Below, piece by piece: positions 40,601 to 49,034 of a DNA stretch of 64,000 nt. Numbering within the stretch: position 1 is the first letter of the stretch; each line of letters opens with the position of its first letter. Position numbers and translations under genes: made by a program. The DNA lies in IMG/VR virus record IMGVR_UViG_3300034071_001262; one strand, given 5' to 3'. The notes under the pieces were generated by a model that was given only the letters and a program-made list of their open reading frames with translations, ran no database searches and was not told the DNA's origin. The DNA is from a virus.

Positions 40601-43600
40601 GTCTATTAGATTCAGAAATAGCTAGAGATGGTAATGTGCTTACACCTGTTTGAGCAGTAATTCTTCTTTGTATTCTAGTTTCTGGTGTGAGATTTTTTTC
40701 TATATCAATATCTTGCAATGATTGTTTAAATTTTGCTTGTGCCTCTGTAGATTCTGCTAGTAATTTGCTACTTAATTCTAATTCGCCAGCATATTTTCTA
40801 GATATTTCAGCCAAGCGCTCTCGTTCTTTTGCTTCTGCTGTTGCTGCGCCAAGCCATGCACCTAATGCTGCACCAATAATGATTCCAAATGGGCCAAATA
40901 TACCCAATATAGCAGCACCTAATACGCCACCTATTAATGCTCCAATACTACCAGCATCTTTTGCTGATGCTTCATTTTGTTTAGCTACTTGTTCTTTTTG
41001 TAATCTAATAAATTCTTCTGTTGATCCTGTAAGATTTGCTATTGCGTTTAATTGTGCATCTGATGCTTTTTTAAGTTCTTCTGCTTGAGCGCGAGCTACT
41101 GCTGCTTGATATTTAAAAACAGCTGCAATGGCGATTACGGCAGCTAGAGCAATAAATATTGCGGCAGCGAGTCCTATTAATGCTGCACTAGCTGCACCAG
41201 ATGCCCCAGCTTCAGCAGTATCTGCGGCAGCTGCCACAGTAGATCCTGTGGCTTCTATGCCATCTGCTACAGCCGAAACACTAGAAAGAACAGCTTCACT
41301 ACCATCAGCTACTCCAGCACCAACACTAGCAACACTTTCAGTAGTATCAGCAGCAGCACTTAAACCAGAAGCAGTAGTTTCAATTGCATCGGCAGCAGAA
41401 CTAGCAGTTGAAGCAGCAGTTTGGGCAAACATAGAAGTAATTAATTGACCAATAGTACCAACAATACCAACAATACCAGTAACAAATCCAGCAGTTTCTG
41501 TAATGGCTTGTTTTTGTACATCGCTTAATCCAGACATTTGAGTCGCTAAAGCGGCTGCTGCCGCACCAAGAAATACGAATTGTTGTGCCGCACCAAAACC
41601 AGCGTCTAATTTTTCAACAGTAGAACGTCCACCACCACTTCTACCGCCGTTGCCCCTATTAGCTGCGCCACCACCACCGCCACCACCACTACCGCCACGA
41701 TTAGCATTTGCTGCCAAGACAGACTGTTTAGCAACTTGATATTCGGCTGTGGCTTGTTGGGCGAGTGCCTGCCTTATTCTTTGTTTTTCTTGATTAATAT
41801 CTGCATCAGTTTTAAATCCTCTTTTTTGTAGGGCTTCTTGGCTTGCGAGAACATTTAATTGTGCTTGATATTTAGCTGTTATATATTGTTTCAATTTAAT
41901 CAAAGTTTGATCTTGCTGGGTACTTCCAGTAGCGGCTGGAGCAGTAGGAGTTGCAGTAGTGGCGCTGGATTGATTTGTGGCTGTCGCACTTTTAATTTTT
42001 GCTGCTGTGTCTTTTTCAAGGGCGTCAATATATTCGTCAACCTTACTCTTTATTTGATCGTCTGTGGCGCCAGATTCTTGAAGTTTTTTAATACGTTCCG
42101 CATAAGCTCCTGCTAATAATTCTTGCTGTCTATCAGATCTTTTATTTGCGGAGTCATTCTTATCAATTGATACTTTCAATTTTTCACCAGCATCTCCAAG
42201 CATATCCATTATGCTACGATTAATATTTATGGCATTACCCAAGGAAGTTACACCAGTAACCAATTGTCTAAGGGCTACTCCACCAAAATCTAATAAACCA
42301 AAAGTAGCCTTATCCAAAGCGGCCATAAACTTATTACTACTTCCACCCAATGGCACGAAAGAAGAGAATATAGTATCTTCACTTTTACCACCCTTCGCAA
42401 ATCTCTGAACTATGCCACCGTTTGCATATTTACCAACTTTATTCATTCGGCCAAGATTGCCATATCCTATTGATTGTGCTGATTTTTTGTTGATAACAAA
42501 TTCGCCGGGTGTCAATAAAGCTGGAACTGTGTCAGTCCCAACCCCACCACCTAAAGCAAATCTTTGCACCCTGTCTGCCCTTGGACCTTTACTTCTCATG
42601 GCATCTAGCGCCGGTTGCTTACTACCACCTTGAGTAAATATCATATTTGCTCTTGGTATACCAAATAGATTACTAAGATAATCTTCAGCACCCTTTACTC
42701 TTCTAGATTTGCTGATAATACTGATTTTGCGTGGATCAATTTGTCCACTTTTGATGGCGTTTTGTAGCTCTTGACCAAATTGAGTTAATGAAGAAGATTT
42801 TAGGTCTTGTAATCTTTTTGCTTCATCCCTAAAATATGTTTGAAGAACTGATTGTTGGGCTTCTGGAGTTTTAGCTTTAGCATAAGCTATGTCACCAACT
42901 GTTCGTTTTAGAGTACGATCAATATCTACAGCGCCGCCGCCAGACTTTATTAACGCTTGAATAGCAGAACTTGGTTTTGGTAATATAGAACCAGTGGCCT
43001 GTAATATATCATCAACCATTGGGGCTGTTGCCAAACCACCGGCAGCAAATTTTCGAATTATTCCTCCTAAGAATTTTTTTTGTTTTCTAGCAGATACTCT
43101 TTGTTCAGCGGTTGATGCCTTTTTTCTATTTTCTATATCTGAAGTAAATCCACCAACATTTTGTGATATTAGTTCATTGGCTAGTGTAGATCTAAATCCT
43201 TCTACAAGTTTATTTGTACCTTTTTTTGCTAAACTTCCAAGAGAATCTTCAGAAAAAGTTCTTTTGGCGTCTGATATTAAAGATGAATCTAAATTAAATA
43301 TTTGACCAGCAGACCCAATACCAGAAGGAAAATCGAAAGTGTCATTTGGATTAATTTTATTTTCAGTAAATGGAGAATTAGACAAACCATTAACAAAAGC
43401 TTCAAAAATTCCACCTTCTATTTGTTCAATATTAGCTCTATTTAAAGCAGCACTAAACTTACCAGAATCAAATGGTGGATTATTTTTAAATGTCTGAGAA
43501 GCAAAAGTATTTGAAAAATTTGCTAACGCTGTATTGATACCATTTTTATATTGTTCAGAAACTGTTTTAGATAATGAGCCAGATGTTATACCTATGGACA

Positions 43601-45461
43601 CACTGTTAAATTTTCCAATTAATTCTTGAGTTAAAGTTTTAGTGGCAGATTTTCCAAGACCAGAAGTAACGGAGTTTAGCATAGAATTAATGCCAGATTT
43701 ATCTATTCCTGCTACAGTTTTTCTCATTATCCCTTCTGGTTGTAAAAACACACCACCAATATCTAATTCTTTGTCTTGAGGATCTTTATCTCCAGCGGCA
43801 CGAATAACAGCTTGAATTTGTTGATCATTTATCTTGAATGTAGAACTGACACCATCTGATTCTAATTTTTCCTGTAAATTTTTTCTCGTTCCCTGTTTTC
43901 CACCCTTTTGGAATCTATTCTCATTCATAGCAGCAAGATTACTTGCTCCAATTTTATTAACACTACTTTTTCTGATTACAAATTCGCCCGGCTGTAACAT
44001 TGCTGGAACAGTATCTCTATTTCCAGTACCCGGAACAAAACCACCGCGAGCAAACTGTCTTATCACGCCACCACTAGCACGACGACGAACACCACCACTA
44101 AAACCAAGTAATGCGGTTAGGCCGGGTGCCAACCCCTGACCAACTTTAAGTGCTAACAGGCTTGTCAATAATGGTAATACTGGCTCTAATGCAGATCCTA
44201 TTTTAATTAGTGCGCTAGCCAGATCCAAGGCACCAGTAGCTATTTCTCTAAAAGTTGAACTATTTGCTAATTGACGAATCAATGCAGAAAATTCTTCACG
44301 TACTTTTTGTGCCTGAACAGCTAATGCTTGTTGTGCTGTAATAGCATCTTCCGCCACTGAACCCGAAGCGCCTTGCGCGACATTTAAAGCATCTTGTGCA
44401 ACGGTAAATTGTTGGATAAGTGGAATAACCTTACCAATTTGTCTAAATCCACCAAGTTCTTCAACAATAGATGAGAATCTAATATCTCTTGGATCTAGTG
44501 CTGAAAGTCCAGCAGATAATCTTTTTACAGCCTCAAAAGCGCCAACGAATCTTCCTTCGGCATCTCTAAGCGAGATCCCCAATGATTCAAGTTGTTGTAC
44601 TGTTTCTGTTCTTTGAATTCTTGTAAAAATAGTTCTTAAACCAGTAGCAATTGTTTCTGCCGATTCTCTCGTTGTAGCGCGTACTGATGTAAATAGAGCA
44701 ATTAATTCGTTTACACTACCGCCAGCAGCAGCAAACACGCCACCTGTACGACGAATAACTGTAATTAAGTCGGATGATTCTACAGCAAACGCTTTTGATA
44801 CAGAGTTAATAGCATCTAATGTGGATTCAAGAAATTTAACATTGCCACCAGCAGCAACAGCCTCATCACCAAACTGTCTAATGACAGCAATTGCGCCTTC
44901 TACTGTTTCTGTGACATCTTCAAATGATGGACCTAGTGTTGTTTTAGCAAGAATATCTAAAGACTTTCTTGTTTCCTCGGCAGAGAAACCTGCCTGTGCT
45001 AATGTAATAGCAACATTTAATAATTCTTTAGAAGATGCGCCCAAGGATGTAGAGAGTCTGGTGACTTCTTGACTGACACCCTCAAGTTGTTTTACAGTAT
45101 TTCCAGTAACCTGAGACAATGTGACCATTTGTCTTTCAAATGCGATGGCATCACCAACAGCACGTTTAACAGCTTGTGCAAATGAAAGCATTGTGCCAGT
45201 AGCTAATGTAATCACACCAAATCTACGGGCGGCTTCAGAAAGGTTTCTATTTAAAAAGCCAAAACTAGTAGCAGCATTTCTAGCGCTACCATTTATATCA
45301 GATAATGATCTATTAACTTGAGATAGGGTTCTAGTATTAGCTTCTACGCGAACATCTACAGTCACACCCTGCAATTGACTACGAATTTGTGATATTACTT
45401 GGCGAGTATTGGTTGGTGCTTGTAGCTGTAGCTGTGCTGTAAGATTAAACCTTTCTCCCAT
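37602..45461 (-). CDS. Tail tape measure protein (2619 aa) with internal cargo-like domains
   Basis: N-terminal TP901-type TMP core (AFERQMVTLSQVTG, LAQAGF, NELIALFTSVRATTRESAETIATGLRTIFTRI, ELGGFRQ), long Ala/Gln coiled-coils, hydrophobic Gly/Ala segments, GG..DTVPA.L.PGEFVI motifs; canonical position after tube and chaperones. Confidence 0.92.
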   Translation of the reverse strand: MGERFNLTAQLQLQAPTNTRQVISQIRSQLQGVTVDVRVEANTRTLSQVNRSLSDINGSARNAATSFGFLNRNLSEAARRFGVITLATGTMLSFAQAVKRAVGDAIAFERQMVTLSQVTGNTVKQLEGVSQEVTRLSTSLGASSKELLNVAITLAQAGFSAEETRKSLDILAKTTLGPSFEDVTETVEGAIAVIRQFGDEAVAAGGNVKFLESTLDAINSVSKAFAVESSDLITVIRRTGGVFAAAGGSVNELIALFTSVRATTRESAETIATGLRTIFTRIQRTETVQQLESLGISLRDAEGRFVGAFEAVKRLSAGLSALDPRDIRFSSIVEELGGFRQIGKVIPLIQQFTVAQDALNVAQGASGSVAEDAITAQQALAVQAQKVREEFSALIRQLANSSTFREIATGALDLASALIKIGSALEPVLPLLTSLLALKVGQGLAPGLTALLGFSGGVRRRASGGVIRQFARGGFVPGTGNRDTVPAMLQPGEFVIRKSSVNKIGASNLAAMNENRFQKGGKQGTRKNLQEKLESDGVSSTFKINDQQIQAVIRAAGDKDPQDKELDIGGVFLQPEGIMRKTVAGIDKSGINSMLNSVTSGLGKSATKTLTQELIGKFNSVSIGITSGSLSKTVSEQYKNGINTALANFSNTFASQTFKNNPPFDSGKFSAALNRANIEQIEGGIFEAFVNGLSNSPFTENKINPNDTFDFPSGIGSAGQIFNLDSSLISDAKRTFSEDSLGSLAKKGTNKLVEGFRSTLANELISQNVGGFTSDIENRKKASTAEQRVSARKQKKFLGGIIRKFAAGGLATAPMVDDILQATGSILPKPSSAIQALIKSGGGAVDIDRTLKRTVGDIAYAKAKTPEAQQSVLQTYFRDEAKRLQDLKSSSLTQFGQELQNAIKSGQIDPRKISIISKSRRVKGAEDYLSNLFGIPRANMIFTQGGSKQPALDAMRSKGPRADRVQRFALGGGVGTDTVPALLTPGEFVINKKSAQSIGYGNLGRMNKVGKYANGGIVQRFAKGGKSEDTIFSSFVPLGGSSNKFMAALDKATFGLLDFGGVALRQLVTGVTSLGNAININRSIMDMLGDAGEKLKVSIDKNDSANKRSDRQQELLAGAYAERIKKLQESGATDDQIKSKVDEYIDALEKDTAAKIKSATATNQSSATTATPTAPAATGSTQQDQTLIKLKQYITAKYQAQLNVLASQEALQKRGFKTDADINQEKQRIRQALAQQATAEYQVAKQSVLAANANRGGSGGGGGGGAANRGNGGRSGGGRSTVEKLDAGFGAAQQFVFLGAAAAALATQMSGLSDVQKQAITETAGFVTGIVGIVGTIGQLITSMFAQTAASTASSAADAIETTASGLSAAADTTESVASVGAGVADGSEAVLSSVSAVADGIEATGSTVAAAADTAEAGASGAASAALIGLAAAIFIALAAVIAIAAVFKYQAAVARAQAEELKKASDAQLNAIANLTGSTEEFIRLQKEQVAKQNEASAKDAGSIGALIGGVLGAAILGIFGPFGIIIGAALGAWLGAATAEAKERERLAEISRKYAGELELSSKLLAESTEAQAKFKQSLQDIDIEKNLTPETRIQRRITAQTGVSTLPSLAISESNRQLQRLAGEKGKSIGELQESDFENDPELRQIFNNAQQSLAKNLEFLSQSVAESRKTLEEAAKVEITGDESLDDLLKNGGQLAQAFTLSQSAIRAESEARIAVLKAQKDSATTDETRASLQKAINSEQQRLQQRLSDQKAGLESLVDEQKRFKEELAATTAANAEFRRKLLEINAVANSLTNVDNALNKLAKSASNLDSLLSGANFDFSLDAPEGLTSLENVGDSAAFGAAVDNIAAGLGAEGARLAENVKTAAEIIKKTAQSQLVGVKFTTKEKQPTPEQFLAEIGLQPDFLGPALENFKKDFNKNLEDGILQADEAQSLIQPLVEQGKASAEQLNRFNEQQNKAISIYQNFVQQLKDQTDKEIEARQKLVSLVAKTEELRAKARGTELTSDQKESFRVQEAQVGLRGLKDVRGNQLQAGNVQQLSATRAAAFEERASIEADIKAGKVTADRAKREIELNNIIEKTTAELNRLTDQSDKAADILGEIDKERQKRETGKGLVEEFVVGGADQRKAINQAFAGVQAAIKTGTIQNQTPEQRKSTFDLLDKLKDFDFNIGGGRTLKGAQVKEEIIQRDAVRLGLDPKVLRALYGQTDKEKELINALDNLTNTIREAGGANVAFEEQKTKAAQQRVNAGARELGATGTARPGAPLPAVPPGQPAAGIDQVVAGQAAVAAGAAAVQAVNIPQKPATAQAPAAPQTREEMIAANKKRFEEDKARKKQAAQDRAKEIAEYQVQQSLQRQGLSDKTIGARASGAAKRFKGTKEEKNKEEERVFNQLKQQQQQQQEELRRKKGIEVAAAPAQLPQVAAAPAQLPQVAAAPAQLPQVAAEPRQEYQIRMSGNESYTISAPQSAFVAQPENAAAYNAAARYSARYGTSDSPVAPAAVAATPTAPTSPTAAMGPIPIDTSGLSNVFNAFVGNFSSSLDNIVQKFSGIETAFGSLAQSLTGITMEHTVTVEGLISLGGLNLESIKQELSSSIGQMVAQEITNQMDAESRRFRI
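38117..38218. repeat. Perfect 30-bp tandem repeat (3.4 copies) encoding (VAAAPAQLPQ)n in the TMP
   Basis: CGGCAGCAACTTGAGGTAATTGCGCTGGTG at 38117, 38147 and 38177, plus a 12-bp partial copy. Confidence 0.95.
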
Positions 45462-45473
45462 CTTTGCTCCATA

Positions 45474-45509
45474 ATAAAAGGAGGGGGAAGGTGCGAATTT
45501 CCCCCCTTA
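45474..45509 (-). terminator. Terminator/attenuator-like hairpin immediately upstream of the TMP RBS
   Basis: Minus strand reads AAGGGGGGAA-attcgcacc-TTCCCCCTCCTT-TTATTAT-GGAG-caaag-ATG. Confidence 0.6.
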
Positions 45510-45533
45510 GTCGGTTTAGTCCTTTGTATTTAA

Positions 45534-45540
45534 TACACAA
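45534..45540 (-). promoter_or_regulatory. TTGTGTA motif, candidate late promoter for the TMP block
   Basis: Directly after the stop of 45541..46506, in an intergenic position. Confidence 0.5.
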
Positions 45541-46506
45541 TCAAGCCGGTTCGGCTTCTGTTTTTACCGACCTTTTTTTCCTCTTATTTTGAACATTATT
45601 ATCGTCATCTTCTTCGCTAGAATCTGATGTGGCAATCGGGCTTCCATCATCGTCTAGGAATGGTTTACGCTCTTTAAGATCTATTCTGACCCATTCTTCT
45701 TCGCCATCAGCATTGGTAACAGCAACAACTTCTTTGCCATCACGATTTACGAAGTAAACCTGAGATTGATCTTTATTTTTCTTGCCATCTTCTGTTCTAT
45801 AGGCAATAAAGCGACCATCTTCATTAATTAATCTTCCATCAATGTCAACTAAGTTACCATCTTTGTCGATCAATTTTAGATCATCATTTACAAACTTAAA
45901 TTCCTTTAAGAATTTATTTTCTTCAAGATTATTTACATAATTAGGATCAAGATTGTAAAGCATGTTCGCTAAAGCAGAAGAAGCTTCTATAACCCAAGGC
46001 TGTGTAGCATTAGCATCATAAGATTCTTGATCTGGAAAGTATTTCTGTTTTGTGTCTGGATTTAACAAACACAGTCTTACTAGTTCAGCAAATCTAGCAT
46101 TGTCTGCTTGACCTTCAACAGAATTAGTTTCTAATGCATTTTTTTCTGCAAGAAATATTTGAAAGTCTCCTCTTAAAGAGCGTAACTCTAAAGCAATTTG
46201 TTTTGCTTCTGATAATTTAATACCACCACCCTTTAATAGATCTTCTTTATTTCTAATATTATCAATATAGTCATCATATTGTTTTTGCTTGCTCTCACTC
46301 CATATGCCCTGTTCTGTCATATAGTCATTGAGCTTTTGTTTAAGCAAACCACCAGAATCTAGTGCCTTTCTAAAGGCTTTATTATAGGCAATTTGAGAAT
46401 CTCTATAGTCCTCTGGTGTTGGCCTTCTAACTAGTACCTTTACGGGTTGATTATTATCATCCACACTTTCGACTAGTCTTTCTTTGTCTTGAATCTTATC
46501 CTTCAT
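45541..46506 (-). CDS. Putative tail assembly chaperone
   Basis: Acidic, helical, immediately upstream of the TMP; GGAG RBS; VKVLVRRPT N-terminus typical of chaperones. The call is mainly from synteny. Confidence 0.45.
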   Translation of the reverse strand: MKDKIQDKERLVESVDDNNQPVKVLVRRPTPEDYRDSQIAYNKAFRKALDSGGLLKQKLNDYMTEQGIWSESKQKQYDDYIDNIRNKEDLLKGGGIKLSEAKQIALELRSLRGDFQIFLAEKNALETNSVEGQADNARFAELVRLCLLNPDTKQKYFPDQESYDANATQPWVIEASSALANMLYNLDPNYVNNLEENKFLKEFKFVNDDLKLIDKDGNLVDIDGRLINEDGRFIAYRTEDGKKNKDQSQVYFVNRDGKEVVAVTNADGEEEWVRIDLKERKPFLDDDGSPIATSDSSEEDDDNNVQNKRKKRSVKTEAEPA

Positions 46507-46882
46507 TTTTATCGTCTCCTTCTTGTTTTAATTGCGATACTGGTAGATTGATCAAGTATTTTTTCCTTGTAATATCATAATTTATGAACTCAGATTCTAA
46601 GTTTCTAATCTGAGTATTTCCACGATCCAATATTTTGGCGCGAGCGTCTTCATATAATTCTTGTATCTTTTTTTGTTCCTCGCTACGTTCACCCTCTGAA
46701 ATAGATAAGCCCCATAGAAATCCAAAATTTTCCTCTATGGTAGATAGAGCGCCGATCATAGTAGTTTGTATTTTCTTTTTAGACATTTTGAATAATTTAT
46801 CTCTAGACACTTCTTTATTGCGAGATTCTCTAGCAGCTTTTAAGTCTAGTGATTTTTTTAGAAAATTGTTATAGTCATCCAT
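46496..46882 (-). CDS. Hypothetical protein between tail tube and TMP
   Basis: Intact 128-aa ORF overlapping both neighbours. Confidence 0.55.
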   Translation of the reverse strand: MDDYNNFLKKSLDLKAARESRNKEVSRDKLFKMSKKKIQTTMIGALSTIEENFGFLWGLSISEGERSEEQKKIQELYEDARAKILDRGNTQIRNLESEFINYDITRKKYLINLPVSQLKQEGDDKNEG

Positions 46883-47937
46883 TATCTACTACCCTTTCCT
46901 TTTATGCTATTAATTGCCTGTTGATTACGCTGTATAGCAATGTCTTGTTTAATATCGTCAAACTCTGTAAACTTAATTTGACCATTAGCGTTAACTATTT
47001 TTTCTGCTCTAGATTTAACCACGTTTCTCGCTATTGGATTATTTAAACCATATATTTCTTGGGCGGCTTCTTGATCTCTAGCAACTAAAAATACTTCTTG
47101 TGAATTGGCTATTTTGGGGTTTTTCAACATCGAATTTACTTCTTGTTCTTTTCTGTGCTTATCATGCTCTCTTCTTCTTATTATCATCCAACCATCTAAA
47201 CAATCATCATCATCTATGACTTTTTCATTTGGGCATTCACTACTCTCATAGATATTATCATACATACAGGAATAAGAACACAAATATAATTGCTCTTTAG
47301 TATATTCTATGGATGGCTTATTAAACAAATTACCATGTTTTTTAGAAGCGGCCCACATAGATCTCCAAGGTTCGCTTCTAGCTATTTTTCTAAATTGTTC
47401 TACGGTAATTGTTGACTCATTATATTTATCCATAATATATGATATACCATATTTATTCCAATCATATAAATTGCCAGATCCATCATATGTAGTTTTAGAA
47501 ATAAGCCATACAGATCTAGCAAAATTAGCAACTCCTTCACAGGAAGTATAGTCTAGACAGGATTTTTTTGAACGATATTTAAGCATTCTTTTTTCATTAA
47601 ATTGAATATTTCTTTTGATACTATTCAATGTTTTTGAGCTAAAGAAATTTTTAAATGCTTGTATTTTTAGTTCTTCAATTTGATTTTCAATTTTATCTGC
47701 TTCTTTGTCATCAAATGGTGTCCAAAGATTATTTTCTACTAATATTGGCAACAATTCACTTTTTAATGGGATATTATCAAAATATGCTTTATTATAAGCG
47801 TCAGTATAAATATCTACTGATTCCTCTAGTAATTCTCTACATGGCTCATGTATATATAGAACAAGGTCGCCTAGTCTGATACGTAAGCGACCTTGTATTA
47901 TTCTATATAATATTTGCTCTAGTATTATACTATCCAT
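46882..47937 (-). CDS. Hypothetical protein between tail tube and TMP (possible chaperone-related)
   Basis: Intact 351-aa ORF; YDNIYES.ECP...IDDDD.LDGW motif. Confidence 0.5.
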   Translation of the reverse strand: MDSIILEQILYRIIQGRLRIRLGDLVLYIHEPCRELLEESVDIYTDAYNKAYFDNIPLKSELLPILVENNLWTPFDDKEADKIENQIEELKIQAFKNFFSSKTLNSIKRNIQFNEKRMLKYRSKKSCLDYTSCEGVANFARSVWLISKTTYDGSGNLYDWNKYGISYIMDKYNESTITVEQFRKIARSEPWRSMWAASKKHGNLFNKPSIEYTKEQLYLCSYSCMYDNIYESSECPNEKVIDDDDCLDGWMIIRRREHDKHRKEQEVNSMLKNPKIANSQEVFLVARDQEAAQEIYGLNNPIARNVVKSRAEKIVNANGQIKFTEFDDIKQDIAIQRNQQAINSIKGKGSR

Positions 47938-47958
47938 CCATTATCCAAACTAACAAAA

Positions 47959-48969
47959 TTAAGTGGAACCACCCTGTACTGTTAATACATTGTAGTTAGA
48001 ATAACTGTAGGTAATAGTAGCATTACCACCACCAGTATCTCCACCAGAATATGATACAGAGGTTAGTTTATTCTTTGTGCCAAGATTTAAAACTGTACCA
48101 GCGGTATCTTTGATTGTAATTGCTCTATCTATTAAGTTTGGAGCATTGCCAGAAACATTTATTAAATCACCAGAAGTGGCAATAACTTCAAATTCAGATG
48201 TAACTTCGATTGGGAATGTGGCATATCTTGTATATGGCCCAAATCGACCTAGTTCTTGAATATTCTCTTGACCAAAGTCAGTACTTACTGTAATACTTTG
48301 AACGTGATAACCACCACCAAGGCCAACTGGATCATCATTCATTTGTGACTTAACTTCAGCTGGTAAAGTAGAGCCTTCTAAATCGACATTGACTCTACGA
48401 ACAACGCCGGATTTTGGCACATCTTCACCATCAAAATTGGAAGTTGGATTACTAGTCCAAATAGCGTTTGGTGCAGAAGCAATAACACCAGCAGTTGTAC
48501 CATTCCAGAATCTATCATTACCAACTAGTGTAACAGACTCTGTGGCATTTCCATCTACTGAATAACTATAGCTTACAGAGCTAACGAACATACCAGAGTT
48601 CATACATACATTTCTAGGAACACCAGTTCCATTAGATAAGCCATCATCAAATACAGCAACATATACGTCTGATCTAGCCTTAGATGCTGCTACTAAGTCA
48701 GTTTTACAAGCGCCGCTAGTAGCAAGATCAAATATAAGCTTGTAACCATCGATTACTTTTTCCAAAGTAACCTCAATATCAGCAACTTCTTCTACGTTTT
48801 CATAAATTGCTAATTGACCCATTTCAAAAATTTGCTCAAGAGTAAATGTCGATGTCATACCCACGCTTTGTAGACCGTGTACAATATGCGAAGAAGTAAC
48901 TGTACCAGTACCTCTTGGGGCTACTGCCACTGCCTGACAGGCATAGAAAATGCGTTGATTAAAAGCCAT
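47959..48969 (-). CDS. Major tail tube protein
   Basis: GLQSVGMTSTFTLEQIFEMGQLAIYEN and a second similar unit VQSITVSTDFGQENIQELG; beta-rich; strong AGGAGAG RBS; lies between neck genes and chaperones/TMP. Confidence 0.75.
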   Translation of the reverse strand: MAFNQRIFYACQAVAVAPRGTGTVTSSHIVHGLQSVGMTSTFTLEQIFEMGQLAIYENVEEVADIEVTLEKVIDGYKLIFDLATSGACKTDLVAASKARSDVYVAVFDDGLSNGTGVPRNVCMNSGMFVSSVSYSYSVDGNATESVTLVGNDRFWNGTTAGVIASAPNAIWTSNPTSNFDGEDVPKSGVVRRVNVDLEGSTLPAEVKSQMNDDPVGLGGGYHVQSITVSTDFGQENIQELGRFGPYTRYATFPIEVTSEFEVIATSGDLINVSGNAPNLIDRAITIKDTAGTVLNLGTKNKLTSVSYSGGDTGGGNATITYSYSNYNVLTVQGGST

Positions 48970-49019
48970 TATATCTCTCCTATTTTTGTATTATTCCTCT
49001 GGTAAAGGTCATATGTATA

Positions 49020-49026
49020 TACACAA
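49020..49026 (-). promoter_or_regulatory. TTGTGTA motif, candidate late promoter for the tail tube gene
   Basis: Intergenic, ~50 nt upstream of 48969. Confidence 0.55.
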
Positions 49027-49034
49027 AAATTTCT

